DNA of 64,000 nucleotides, from assembly GCA_964016885.1 (NCBI GenBank), contig OZ024742.1, positions 213,342,001 to 213,406,000 of the forward strand, read 5' to 3'. Position 1 is the stretch's first letter. Every line of letters begins with the position of its first letter. This DNA comes from Eledone cirrhosa (lineage: Eukaryota). The translations under genes and the position numbers were made by a program. The notes beneath the pieces were generated by a model. That model worked only from the letters and a program-made list of their open reading frames with translations. It had not been told where the DNA came from and searched no databases. This document shows, piece by piece, positions 12,668 through 25,177 of the stretch.

Positions 12668-15311
12668 CTACAAAACTTCCTTATAGACTATATTTTGGGT
12701 TTTAGAGCAGCCAACATATAGTTTACCATGGAAGAAGCACGGTTCTTCTAAATTAAGCCCTACAACCATCAGCGTCGGCATTGAACGCTTTCAAGTGGAG
12801 GGGGCAATATGGCACTATCCAGCTGATGTCGATTTTGCGTTCGCCAACTTTTGTTGTAAACCCACCGTCTTCATGTCTCCTGCGCCTATACAACGGATAT
12901 CCGTCACCACCAGTCTGTGTTTCCTGTAAAAACGGCCTGGGGTTTCGTTTTGTACACTTTCCGTCGTATATGCACGGGGACTTCATATTGAGTCCATGTC
13001 CGCAAGGACCATGGACCATGTTTGATGTGACTATAGAGAAGAGGTCCTTGTCAATCGACGGATCAGGTAGTTCGGCAGAAATGAATTTGTCGATGTAGTT
13101 TGAATTGATTTTTGTAACCAACCAAATCAAGATATGGGCTTGCGGCAGCCCGCATTTCTGCCATTCAACCGTGTACATGTCGCACCTGACAGGCCCCAAA
13201 ACCTGTCCTTTCTTTAATAAATCCATTAATTTGGATAATTTCAGGCGAAACACTCTTGCTATGAGATCGTGCCTGTGTCTTGGCGCTTGACCGTGGAACA
13301 GTTCGTTTGTAATCTCCTTCCACTTGGGATTGCATGTAAACGTTATGAAAAGGTCGGGGCGCCCATAATGTCGTACGTAAGTCATTGCGTCCTGAGTCCT
13401 CTCGTGCATGTATCGGGGTCCCCCTGTGAACGCTGAAGGCAAAATACATACTTGCCCTAAATTGTCTGGGGATACGTCGTTGTTAATTCCATCGCTTAGA
13501 TGAATGTATCATTCAGATAGAAGTTTCTTTTGATTTAATTTAATGAACCATAATCTCTCGGACTCCATTTTAACGACCATATCAACAGCAAATTGTTGGA
13601 AAAGGTTCCGAGAACGGTGTAGATGGTTGAATGAATTGTCCCTTTCCATAAATCGGAAAGCGTAGAAATTCATGCAGGTGACAGTTTTGCTAAGATGTGC
13701 CTCACCATTGTCTGCTGAATGTTGAGGAATGCCGAAATAGTATCCGTCCTCGCCATTGACAAATAGCAATGGATACTAGAGTGCATCGTAGGACCTGTGG
13801 GTCTCATTGATACGCTGTAATGTGCTGTCTCAGTGCTTTAGAATGATATCTCTCTTGTGCTGTTCACCACAAATAACCGCAGCAACCTCATTACATGTTG
13901 GTGCGTTGAACCGACCAACGTGTTCTCCAGATGCCCTTCGGTCAGCATGTATATGACCACACTAAAGTTTTGGTCGGTGTCTGTTTCCAAAGCGTACTTG
14001 AAACTGCGAACATAGCTGCTTTTGTTATGAAGTATTTCTTGAAGTTTTATTATGGTTCCAATGTTAGTTTCGGACGAAATAGAGTTTCGCATCTCTCCCT
14101 GCTCCTGATAGTTTCCAACGAAGTATAACTGAAGAAATTGAGGATCCTTTTCTACTAGAGGCTGAATAGACCCAATCAAGTGGTAGATCTGCCCCTGGAC
14201 CTTGAAAGTTGGCATGAACCCACGTTCCGAGACAAGCTTTGCTCCGAAGGATGTCATCTGAAACGCGGAATTGTAGCGGCGGATATTACGCAGAAACTTC
14301 GATGATTCCTCCATCGTGTCTGTCAAAAGGAGTTGCAATATCTCTGGAGGGTCGTGAATAGGAGGAAGTATAACTTTACCGTTTGAACAGCACATTCCAT
14401 CTCTATTCCCTGGCCACTTTTTCGTACGACAAAATTGGCAATTAGAGGTCATTTCCCCAATTTGAATATCTGCATGGACGGCGTAGTCGGGGAGAGGTCG
14501 TAGTTAAAGGCCTTCAACAACCATCGTGAATTGCAAGTCCTAGAAATGCCACGTAACGATGATCGCCGCTGTTCACTTTGCAGAAGTCGGCCACGTCGTT
14601 GCTCTATGGTTTCAGTATTTTGTGCAGCAGCAGTGGAAGTGGAGTCCCTGCTTCGTCGAACGGCGCGTCATCCTCATCCTCTCGAGTGCGAGCAGCGGCT
14701 GTTGCAGTGGCGCCCTTGCTTCGTCGAACGGCGCGTCGTCCTTCATCCTCTCGAGTGCGAGCAGCGGCTGTTGCAGTGGCGCCCTTGCTTCGTCGAACGG
14801 CGCGTCGTCCTTCATCCTCTCGAGCGCGAGCAGCGGATGTTGCAGTGGCGTTCCTGCTTCGTCGAACGGCGCGTCGTCCTTCATCCTCTCGAGCCCGAGC
14901 AGCGGATGTTGCAGTGGCGTTCCTGCTTCGTCGAACGGCGCGTCGTCCTTCATCCTCTCGAGCTCGAGCAGCGGATGTTGCAGTGGCGTCCCTGCTTAGT
15001 CGAACGGTGCGTCGTCTTTCATCCTCTCGAGCGTGAGCAGCGGATGTTGCAGCAGTGTCCCTGCTTTGTCGAACGACACTTCGTCCTTCATGCTCTCGAG
15101 CGCGAGCAGCAGCAGCTGTCATAGCAACATCTTTGTTCCGACGAAGTTCACGCGGACTGTCATCCTCCTCCACTCTTGCAGCTACCGTCTGCACAGCATT
15201 CTGTGAGAGCCTGATCGCAGTTGCATTTACATCTTCGGTGAGACACCTTCGCTAAGACCTACTTGCATCATTAGATAGTCAACCAATGAAAGTTCTTTTC
15301 TTGGGGGGCAT
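12668..15311 (-). pseudogene. Helitron RepHel pseudogene (Rep domain plus the extreme C-terminus of the Pif1-like helicase)
   Basis: Start MPPKKR at 15311; CQFC...GMCCSNGKV; IRRYNSAFQMTS; PSAFTGGPRYM; GRPDLFITFTCNPKW; EWQKCGLPQAH (degenerate HUH); MVHGPCG; then VVGLNLEEPCFFHGKLYVGCS and KIVYKEVL*. Confidence 0.9.
14625..15110 (-). repeat. 69-bp coding tandem repeat (about 7 copies; 23-aa unit REDEGRRAVRRSKGATATAAART) in the Helitron N-terminus
   Basis: Anchor cttcgtcgaacgg at 14651, 14719, 14788 and onward. Confidence 0.9.
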
Positions 15312-16379
15312 TGTTTTTCGAAAATTAACCAGGGAGAACGATAAATAGTGGACAAATAACGTTTAAGTAAGGAAATCCAAGCACGGATATAAATTGTGAA
15401 AAAATGTGATAAATCTATGTGGTCTGAGAAAGTGGGTATGTTTTGTAAGATTTTGTGTACCAGTCAAATTTCAAGTTTTAAGTTAGAGGCAACGCAGCGT
15501 ACGGTCTACCTGTTATAAAGGAAATTAAATAGTGTGGCTACAGTGGTAGGTATATAAGTGTCAGTATGTTTGTTCAGTTTGAACATAGCAATAAGTAAGT
15601 ACTAATCATTGAAATGATACAGGCAAAACTGGCCGAAAAATCACAACATGATAAACTGGAACCTTATGACCATAAACACATTAACTAAACCTCATTTAAG
15701 GTGACAAATGTTGAAGAAGCATGCGTTTCAGAAACAGGGGGTAGCTTATGAGAGTACGCATGTAAAAAACCTACCACTTGTCAAAAACCAAAAAAGAAGT
15801 GTGATCCTAGGTCGAACTTGACCGATATAAATAGGAGTGATTTCGCTCAATGAACAACACTCGAGTTGTTTAATTGGTTAGATAATACAAATAAGTGTGA
15901 AGAAATCTACTGAACACAACTCACTGATGTGTGGTTGGCCAGAGGTCGCCATTTCGCACTTAATTGAGGTGAAATTAAAAGGGGGAGACAACCGGGTGCA
16001 AAAACTTTCGCACAGTTTAGGCATAAATGTGAAATAGCACAATCCACATACAGTAGGATTTAAAATTTACACCTGGGTTAAATCGCGCTTTCTTGGTTAG
16101 GAGTGTGAAATGACGCCAAAGTTCAAGGAAAAAATTTAACTCCCCATTCCGCACTTGATTGTGGTGCAATTACACGGGGGAGACAACCGGGTGAAAAATT
16201 AAATTCAATCATCCTAAAGTTAACTAAACAAACTAAAGTTAAGTCAGTGGGATTTAAAAATTCGCTACTCCATTTGTAGGACATGAGTAACCGATGCGTC
16301 AACTTTCGTTTAAATTGAATTTTATTTCCAGCAGTTGAAATGCTTTGCTGCAACCATAATATGAACTTTAAAAGTGGTC

Positions 16380-17140
16380 CAAATGGGCTCACTGCCCTCC
16401 CTAGAGAGTTCCCTTGCAAAATTCAAGTGATAACGAATGTGTGGTGCTTTATCTTATGGCAGGCAATAATCATTTCGTTTAGTTTTTGTAAGAATCAAGT
16501 ATAAACTCCCGAGGTTATAGTGCTTTTTTATTTGGCAGTTTGAACTTTTATAGGTTAATTAATTGGGCTCATTGTCACCGAGGGGGTCCTCTTGCTGAAT
16601 TGAAATGAAAGTAAATGTGCCTCACTGTATCGTCATCTGTAGTACAAATAACAACTAAGTCGAAATTCATTTAATTGGACTACCAATTATCGGAGCTATG
16701 ACGCTTTGCTGCATTAAAATAGCCAAATTCAATAAATGACTCACCGGGGCTTACTGCCCCCGGGGGGTCCCCTTGCTTGTTCCGGGTATAGACAGTGTCT
16801 TAAACATCATCTTTAGGCAATGGGTAACCAATGTTTCCGGTAAAGTTAAAATCGAACGTAAACTTCAAACGTTATCAGGTGTTAATGTGAACTTCAATAG
16901 ATAAGTCGAAGGGGCTTACTGCCCCCCCCCCCCCCCCGAGGTCCCCTTGATAAGTTCAAGTAAAAGCTCATGTGTGCACCTTCCTTTATAAGCCATGGGT
17001 AACCAATACTTCTCGCTTCGTGAAAACCAAACACCAACTCAAGCAGTTATGACGTTTTGTTGCATTTGTGATATTAACTTCAACATACATGAAGTCGGTT
17101 TACTGACCCCCCCCCCCCAATGGGTACCCTACCTGAATTT
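16380..17140. repeat. diverged tandem repeats of about 180 bp
   Basis: Motif ggct(c/t)actgccc...gtcccc(t)tg recurs near 16390, 16575, 16750, 16915 and 17100. Confidence 0.55.
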
Positions 17141-17231
17141 CTGCGCAAATGCATGCCTGCAAATTTATTTGTAGGCCATAAGCAAACAAAAGATTAATTT
17201 TGGTGAAGATGGGAGGCAAACTGCAGGAATT

Positions 17232-18100
17232 ATGGGGCCTTTATACAGTAGTTCTGCTGACTCCAAGCGAGAGGTAAAGGGGTTATCTGCCCCTGGAGCC
17301 CCCCTCAATCCAGTGTATGAGGCCAAGTTGACACCGATTATTAATAACCAGCTAACCAGAAGTGAGCGATATGTAGGCATGACTCAGGACAAATTTAAAA
17401 CTAGGTATTATGCACATGTCGCTTCTTTCAAACACCCTGAAAAAAGAACAGCAGCAGCGCTGACAAATAAAGTGTGGGAGTTTAAAGAAAGAAATATTCT
17501 ATACTCTATTGATTGGTCTATTTTAGACCACTCAAGAGAATACCAAAGGGCCACAAAGAAATGTTCTTTGTGTACTACGGAAACATTTAGAATTCTCCAA
17601 AACCTGAAAACCCCTCCCACTTTCCTCAACTCTAAGACCGAGATCTTTAGATGTTGTCCGCACCTGAAATCGCACCTACTTTTTAGCTGGATTAACGCAC
17701 CAACGATTACTGAACCACCCTGAGCTTCCTCTTTACATATTACGCCTTCCACTCACTACCAATATCATCACCTTATGAACACTTCTTACCCAGTTTATCA
17801 TATAAACACATACTTTCTACCAATATATACATTTTTTGTCCCTCATGTTTATCTATTTTTTCATTTCATTTATACAATCCCCGCCCTTTTTTTCTACCAT
17901 ACCTTTAACACGTACACACCCACCACCTTCATCCTGTACTCTACCTTTACCCTGATCACTTTTTAACTATATACCCTTATCCAAATCTCTCACAATTTAT
18001 CCCTCACCTTTTAATCTTAATTTATTATATTATTTCATTTTAATTATACTCCCCCACGTCCTCACTTACCCACGATGTTTTTAAGTGTACTCACATATGT
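17232..18100 (+). mobile_element. 5'-truncated PLE: GIY-YIG endonuclease C-terminus (ORF to 17723) plus presumed 3' UTR
   Basis: VYEAKL...YVGMTQDKFKTRYYAH..SF...L...W....W.IL......CSLC..E...LNSKTEIFRCCPH. Confidence 0.8.
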
Positions 18101-18129
18101 CACCTTGACCACCTTGACCGACCAGTCTG

Positions 18130-18571
18130 TCGGGCGTCCATTCGGCGCCGCTGGTCACAGCACGCCGTCCATTCCTCTCTGGATCGTGCTTTCCTCATCT
18201 ATGTAGTTCCAATCGATTCTTAAAACCGTAACTCCACCCTCGTGGAGCCTTCCGTGTGGTCGTTTCCGCTCGCGCGGGTACCACTCGGTAACTGCGTGGG
18301 TCCACCGATTATCGGTGAACCGGGCGACGTGTCCAGCCCATCTGAACTTGCTGTGCATATATTCTGTGATGACGTCCCTCACGCCGGACTTCTGTCTGAT
18401 GACTTCGCTCCTGATGTGCTCTCTCAACGAGATTCCTAGCATTGATCTCTCAATAGCACAGTTTTACCTCAATAGCACAGTTTTACCTGCAATGTTATAT
18501 GGCAGTGAAACTTGGGCTACAACGAAGAGAGAAGAGCAGAGGCTGGTAACGGCTCAAAGAGCCATGGAGAT
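18130..18571 (-). mobile_element. RTE-clade LINE 3' fragment with 5' inversion
   Basis: Minus: ERSMLGISLREH...FRWAGHVAR...W.P..R..GR; plus 18470-18570: STVLPAMLYGSETW...AQRAME. Confidence 0.85.
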
Positions 18572-19084
18572 ATATATATATGTATGTATGTGTATATATT
18601 TAATATCATAATATTATTTGTTTATCTATATTTATAATTTTTCTGCGTGTGGATCTGTGAGTATAGCTTTTCAATTTTTTCGTACCCCCGTTTGTGTATA
18701 ATTATGCTTACCCTTTATATACACCTAGCTGCGAGTGTGTGTGTATATATAGTTTGTCTGCCTATATTTATATACACACACACACGCACGTGTATGTATG
18801 CATGCATGTGTTTGTGTGTGTATATATGTATATGTATGTGTGTATATACATATGTACGTGTATGGATTTATGTATATATGTATGCGTGTTTTGATATATT
18901 AATGTGTGTGTGTGCGTGCGCGCGTGCGTGTATATATATATATATATATAATTGATTGTATATATGTGTATATATGCGTGTAGGAGTATATAATCATAAG
19001 GATTTCCTTTCTATATGTATACACATTGTATGCATACATATGCTTTTGTCTTTTGCGTGTGTTTATTCATGTGTATATATGTAT

Positions 19085-19134
19085 AGTGAAGGCGCATGGC
19101 TGAGTGGTTAGAGCAGTAGGCTTGCAATCGAAAG
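19085..19134 (+). mobile_element. tRNA-derived SINE head fragment
   Basis: ggcgcatggctgagtggttagagc (A-box-like). Confidence 0.55.
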
Positions 19135-19339
19135 TACAGCGTTCCTTTGTCAGTGTTGAACAAACGAGCAACGATGGTTGCTGGACACTACGTCTTAATA
19201 CGGCATGTTTGTTTACAAACACACCAATCATTATAATAAATGTTCGGTGAATCCATACGTACATATATATATGTGTATATGTATATATATATACATACTA
19301 CTGTACGTCTGTATACATATATGTATGTACGTGTACATA

Positions 19340-19342
<3 letters not shown>
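19133..19342 (+). mobile_element. 5'-truncated copy of family E element
   Basis: Matches 27246-27450 and 53012-53280. Confidence 0.75.
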
Positions 19343-19426
<84 letters not shown>

Positions 19427-19441
19427 GTGTGTGTGTGTATG

Positions 19442-19472
<31 letters not shown>

Positions 19473-19541
19473 CGTGTGTATGTGTTTGTTTTTATACGTT
19501 GTTTGCATTTATTTTCATATATATGTGTATGTGTGTTTGTA

Positions 19542-19593
<52 letters not shown>

Positions 19594-19637
19594 CAATGAC
19601 ATTAAATAAATGGAAACTATATTTATAAAACCATATT

Positions 19638-19699
19638 TATTTTATTATATATTTCAAGCGTACCAAGACAACATTGGTACGCTTTCATCAGATAAAATA
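19638..19699 (-). ncRNA. type I hammerhead motif, family C
   Basis: tattttat-CTGATGA-aagcgtaccaa tgttgtc ttggtacgctt-GAAA-T at A-TA-ataaaata; perfect 11-bp stem II. Confidence 0.8.
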
Positions 19700-21281
19700 C
19701 AAAGTTTGTTTTATAAATAGAGACATACCCATGAAAATCATACCTTATCAGTTGGAAATCACTGGATAGTGGAAATATATTAGGGATTATTCAAACTTAT
19801 CTGTGAATATGCAAATGAATATGAAAATAATTGAAAAACAACCGTTTATTTAAACGACACTGGAGAAAGAGAGAGAGAAGATATAAGGGGAGAAAGATAA
19901 AAATAGTACGAGAGAGAGAGAAGAAATAAACAAGAGAGGATGAATAAAACTCATATAACGTTAATTTGGGGGAAATATATTCTAAGTATATATCTTAATA
20001 GTACGTGTATTTACGATTATTAGTTGTTTAAAATTCGTTTATAATATATGTTCTGTTATAAGTAGAGAAATAAATAAATAAATAAATAAATAAATAAATA
20101 GATGGGTATATCATGGGTATATCATGTTATAGATAATTTTTTTAATGAGTTATGAGTTTTGTATTTAATGTAAGTAAATATTAAGTTAAATAAGAATATT
20201 TATATTTATATATTTTAAAATCTGAAGATACGGAAAAACTCCAGTTTAATTTATTTATTCGTTAGTATGAGACTATTTAGTCATATTAAGTATAAATGTT
20301 GAAAGATATTTAGCCAGAATCAGTTAGTGGTTATAAATCTAATAAAAAAATATTGAAAAAATATGAAAAAATTTGAGAAAATAAAAAAAAATAATAATTT
20401 ATAAGAGATAAGTAATTTTTAAATGAAATAAAAATTAAAGAAATAAAAATAAAGAATTAAAAATTATTAAGATTAAAATTACAATTAAAATTAAAATAAA
20501 AAAAAATTAGAATTATATATGTATATATTTTATGAAACTTTAAGAAGTGGAATTATAGCAAATGTTATAGATATTATGATTTAGAGATATCAATATATTA
20601 AAACCAAGTGGATAAGATTGTTATGGAAATAAGTAGAAATATTATAAGTATAATTATAAGTTATATATAGTTCTGAATGTTGAATTCTGGCGATGTCTAC
20701 AACAATTAAATAAATTCGTTCTTAGATTAATAGTGTTCTTACATTTAAGTATGAAAAAAATTTCCTTAACACACCATTTGCAGAATCTAGATAAAGCTGT
20801 GTTTCGGTACTTACATTAAATAAAAAACCAATATCCCTCATAACTCATTAAAACAATTATCTATAACATGATATACCCATCTATTTATTTATTTATTTAT
20901 TTATTTATTTATCTACTTATAACAGAAAATATTATATCATAAACGAATTTTTAACAACTAATAATCGTAAATACACGTACTATTAAGATATATACTTAGA
21001 ATATATTTCCCTCAAATTAACGTTATATGAGTTTTATTCATCCTCTCTTGTTTATTTCTTCTCTCTCTCGTACTATTTTTTATCTTTCTGCCCTTATATC
21101 TTCTCTCTCTCTTTCTCCAGTGTCGTTTAAATAAACGGTTGTTTTTCAATTATTTACATATTCATTTTCATATTCACAGATAAGTTTGAATAATCCCTAA
21201 TATATTTCCACTATCCAGTGAATTTCCAACCGATAAGGTATGATTTTCATGGGTATGTCTCTATTTATAAAACAAACTTTG

Positions 21282-21345
21282 TATTTTATCTGATGAAAGC
21301 GTACCAATGTTGTCTTGGTACCCTTGAAATATATATAATAAAATA
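21282..21345 (+). ncRNA. type I hammerhead motif, family C
   Basis: Same as 19638-19699 with one stem II mismatch and an atat loop III. Confidence 0.8.
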
Positions 21346-21479
21346 AATATGGTTTTATAAATATAGTTTCCATTTATTTAATATCATTGAATATTTACTG
21401 CAGTTAGTTGTTGAGTGCTCTAAATCAGTTATAAACATTTATATTTGTCGGACTTCCAACAAATTAAATACCCCTTCTA

Positions 21480-21554
<75 letters not shown>

Positions 21555-21784
21555 CGTGTGTATGTGTTTCTTTTTATAGGTTTTTTGCATTTATATTTTA
21601 TTATTTACCCCCCCCCCCCCCCCCACACACACACACAAACACACACCTTTCGTTGTCAACACGTCCCTTTATGGCTTTATTTTTACTTTTATTTTTACTT
21701 TTTATATATTTTTTTTATTTTTCGTTCTTATTTATATCTGTCCCCGAACTACTTCCCAATGGTTTGTACATATTCATATATGTA

Positions 21785-21876
<92 letters not shown>

Positions 21877-22990
21877 CTAGCACTAAAGCCCGGCGTTGCT
21901 CGGGGTCAGTAAGTTACCAAAGTTAGGTTGCACCACCCATTTTATGGCAGCACTTTTTTGTCTGCCAGGCACTGGGTGGATGAATTGCAGACCTGGACTG
22001 CCGAAGCAGGAGCTGCGCCAGCAGTGACAATTGTAGTTTCGCCTATGGGTATTATCTCTGTGCAAAGAAGTGTTGAAATTTATTGTTTCACAGTACTTGC
22101 GCAACACGCGCGTAAACGATGTCAGCCGAAAAACAGAGCTGCGATGGAGTTGTTCTGCATGGCTGTCTAATGTGTGTTTTCTAAATTTAAGACAGTAGGG
22201 AGGGGTATGATATGGGGGAGAGTTAGCTGGTGTTTTGTAGCAGGTTTAGTGACCTCATAGAGGATGTGTTTTCTAAATTTAAGACAGTAGGGATGGGTGT
22301 GATATAAGGTTGTTTCGTATGAAATGTAATAAGTTCTCTTTGTCATTGAAGTAAATAAATGTTTGACCGTTCCACACTCAAAAACAAACGTTCTCTCTCT
22401 CTTTCTCTCTCTCTCACTCACTCTCTCTCCCTCTCTCTCACTCACTCTCTCTCCCTCTCTCTCTCTCCTTCATTTCTTTCTCTCTTCTTTCTTCGGCGTT
22501 CCTAAAGGAAGTTTGTAAGTTTAAGCGTATATAAGAGAAAGTTTCAGCATGTATGTAGTTTTATTGAATTTTAAAGGGAGTAGAGAGAGGTATCAGATTG
22601 TATTTATCGATTATTTCCGTAATTATGGGGGAGTTTGAAATAAATAAATAGTCGTTGACCTAAGTTAGACCATTTACAACATTCTTACAGACTTTATCTC
22701 GAATCGGTTTGAAATTGTGCAAATGTATAAACATGGAACATGCACACTCACACACAACAACAACAACAATCTGCCTTTTATAGATAATTGTTTCTACTTT
22801 AGGCACAAGGCCAGCAATTACCCAGTGCATTACTGGTACTTTATTTTATCGACCCCGTAAGGATGAAAGGCAAAGTCAACCTCGGCGGGATTTGAACTCA
22901 GATCGTAAAGGGACGTAACTATGCTGGAAAGCATGGCGTCAGACCCTCCACCGATACTGCCAATCCACCACCCTACCTGCCCTTTATAGA
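21877..22990 (-). mobile_element. non-autonomous Helitron
   Basis: Minus-strand 3' hairpin ccgagc-aac-gccggg followed by CTAG (21877) in (TA)n; 5' A^TCTATAAA end at 22784, duplicated at 22990 by a SINE target-site duplication (TSD). Confidence 0.7.
22789..22975 (-). mobile_element. tRNA-derived SINE with an 18-bp TSD
   Basis: B-box gagttcaaatcc; flanks ctgcc(t/c)tttatagataat at 22771 and 22977. Confidence 0.85.
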
Positions 22991-23199
22991 TAATGATATA
23001 TATTGATATGTGTGTGTATATGTGAGTGTATATATGTGTGTATGTATATATACGTGCGTGTATGTATATAGACTTTTGTGTATGTTTGTATGCATGTGTA
23101 TGTGTGTGTATACATATTTATATATGTGTGTGTGTTTGTGTGTATATATATGGGTGTGTATATATATATATGTGTATATATATATATATGTATATATAG

Positions 23200-23408
23200 T
23201 GGTGGAACACTAGAAGGTAGTATCCGTAGTGGTAGAGCACTCAGTCCATGGGACGAGTTAGGTAGAAGTGGTTACACAACAGTTAGTTCACTATACTGAG
23301 AACAATTGTTTCACCTTAGCGGATCCTCACCTCGGAATGGCTGAGGATCCGCTAAGGTGAAACAATTGTTCTCGGTATGGTGAACTAACTGTTGTGTAAC
23401 CACTTCTA
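23200..23408. mobile_element. fold-back HHR element, family D
   Basis: Arms 23263-23329 and 23342-23408. The two arms together give ccgag-CTGAGGA-tcc gctaa ggt-GAAA-C aatt G-TT-ctcgg; the left arm has C3>G and the right arm lacks the 5' strand of stem I. Confidence 0.7.
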
Positions 23409-23732
23409 TATGTATATATATATATATATTTGTGTATATGTGTATGGAGAGATATGCATGTGTGTATATATAGATTTTACGTTATTATTGAGTACATCTG
23501 TGAGTGTGTGCCTCTGTGTGTGCGCATGTGTGAGCAAAAGATCACACGTTTATATGTGTGTGTTCGCATTTCCATGAATACGCACATACACTTATGTGAG
23601 AAAGTATACGTTTACGTACTATTACGTATAAGCGTGTGTGTGAGTGTGCGTATGTTTATGTTCTGGATATTTATTATCTGGATTTAAAACTGCACTATCC
23701 ACAAGTGTTTTAACCTTCATATCATGTCCTCC

Positions 23733-23803
23733 TATTTTATCTGATGAAAACACAAATGTTATTGCATGATGATATTTGTTTTTGAAATGCGCATAATAAA
23801 ATA
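23733..23803 (+). ncRNA. type I hammerhead motif, family A
   Basis: Same core and stems I/III as 6086-6156; the stem II substitutions all keep WC or G-U pairing. Confidence 0.8.
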
Positions 23804-23833
23804 CATGGAACTCATTTAACCATCTTTTGATCT

Positions 23834-23864
<31 letters not shown>

Positions 23865-24460
23865 GTATGCATTTACATATATATGTATGTTTCTATGTAT
23901 GATGTACATATATATGCATTATGCATGTAATTACATATTAAGAGGTTAACCAAGTAAGTCAAACTGTAAACACATCTATTTAACTCCCACACTATATGCT
24001 GATAGCCCTTCTCATTCGTTTACACACATACCTATATATATGTGTGTGTGTGTGTTTATGTGTGTGTGTGTTTATGTGTGTGTATGTGTGTGTGTGTTTA
24101 TGTGTGTGTGTTTATGTGTGTGTGTGTATGTGTGTGCGTATGTATATAAGAAGGAATTTGTAGTTTACTTGAAGCATTGAATATGGTATAAAGAATTCGA
24201 TGTTTGAAAGCTACAACAATGCGAGTTTGGTCGGAAAATAAGTAAATCGTAAGAAACAGGGGTTGTATTTTTTTTACCTTAATTTATTCATATATTCTGA
24301 TATTTCGAGATTGATAAAGGAAAATAAAGGAACTGTTCCAATGTCTGACGCGGCTTGCTATACCATGAAGAGATGTTAATCCCCTTTCCTTCTATTTCAA
24401 GCGTTAAACTAATATATTCCTTCCATATTCTGAGCTGTTTGTTTTGTTATTTCTGTTTAC

Positions 24461-24584
<124 letters not shown>

Positions 24585-25126
24585 AAATGGTGACATTTAA
24601 CTTCTTGCTTAATACATGTTATATAATTAAATCCTGCAACCCTATGAAAATCCCTTCAGCTTTACAAAGATAGAAAATCTATTTTACTTGGTACCAGCAT
24701 GTAATTCAAATTTATTCATACCTACATTATATCAAGTGAGATCATATTTAAATAAGGAATGCGATTATATATTTATCATGAAATAATTTACGATGCTGAA
24801 TGGAAGTATTTTCATTGGCTGTTTGGGATTTGACAAATGAAAATATTTGTCACCAGGATTAAATTTTAAAGATACAACACAAGCAAAGCAAAGGACTATG
24901 CTTTGTGTTAAACGTTCGTGCGGCTCACGAAATCCCAGCTGGATGTAAAATTTAATTTATCGCCTGTTCCCAGCTTCTTCAATGTAATCTCTTGCTTCCA
25001 TATCTTGACAATTATAGTTTGTGATCTTTAATTGCAAAGAGTCTAGATGTGTCCATATATTTATCTCTTCACTCTCTGTACACTCACACACCCCATACAC
25101 ACATACACACGCTCATACATACACAC

Positions 25127-25177
<51 letters not shown>

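Larger units (their letters stand above)
11800..17150 (-). mobile_element. Helitron, internally deleted; 5' boundary uncertain
   Basis: Minus-strand 3' end is a ccgggc-aac-gccggg hairpin followed by CTAG (11800) inside (TA)n; Rep coding remnants at 12770-15311. Confidence 0.8.
19594..21389. repeat. 1.8-kb fold-back structure with inverted arms of about 560 bp (family C)
   Basis: 19594-20152 is the reverse complement of 20837-21389 with few differences. Confidence 0.9.

Noticed and set aside
14531-15124. Plus-strand repeat ORFs (HPLECEQRLLQW...)
   Set aside because: Antisense shadows of the Helitron 69-bp coding repeat.
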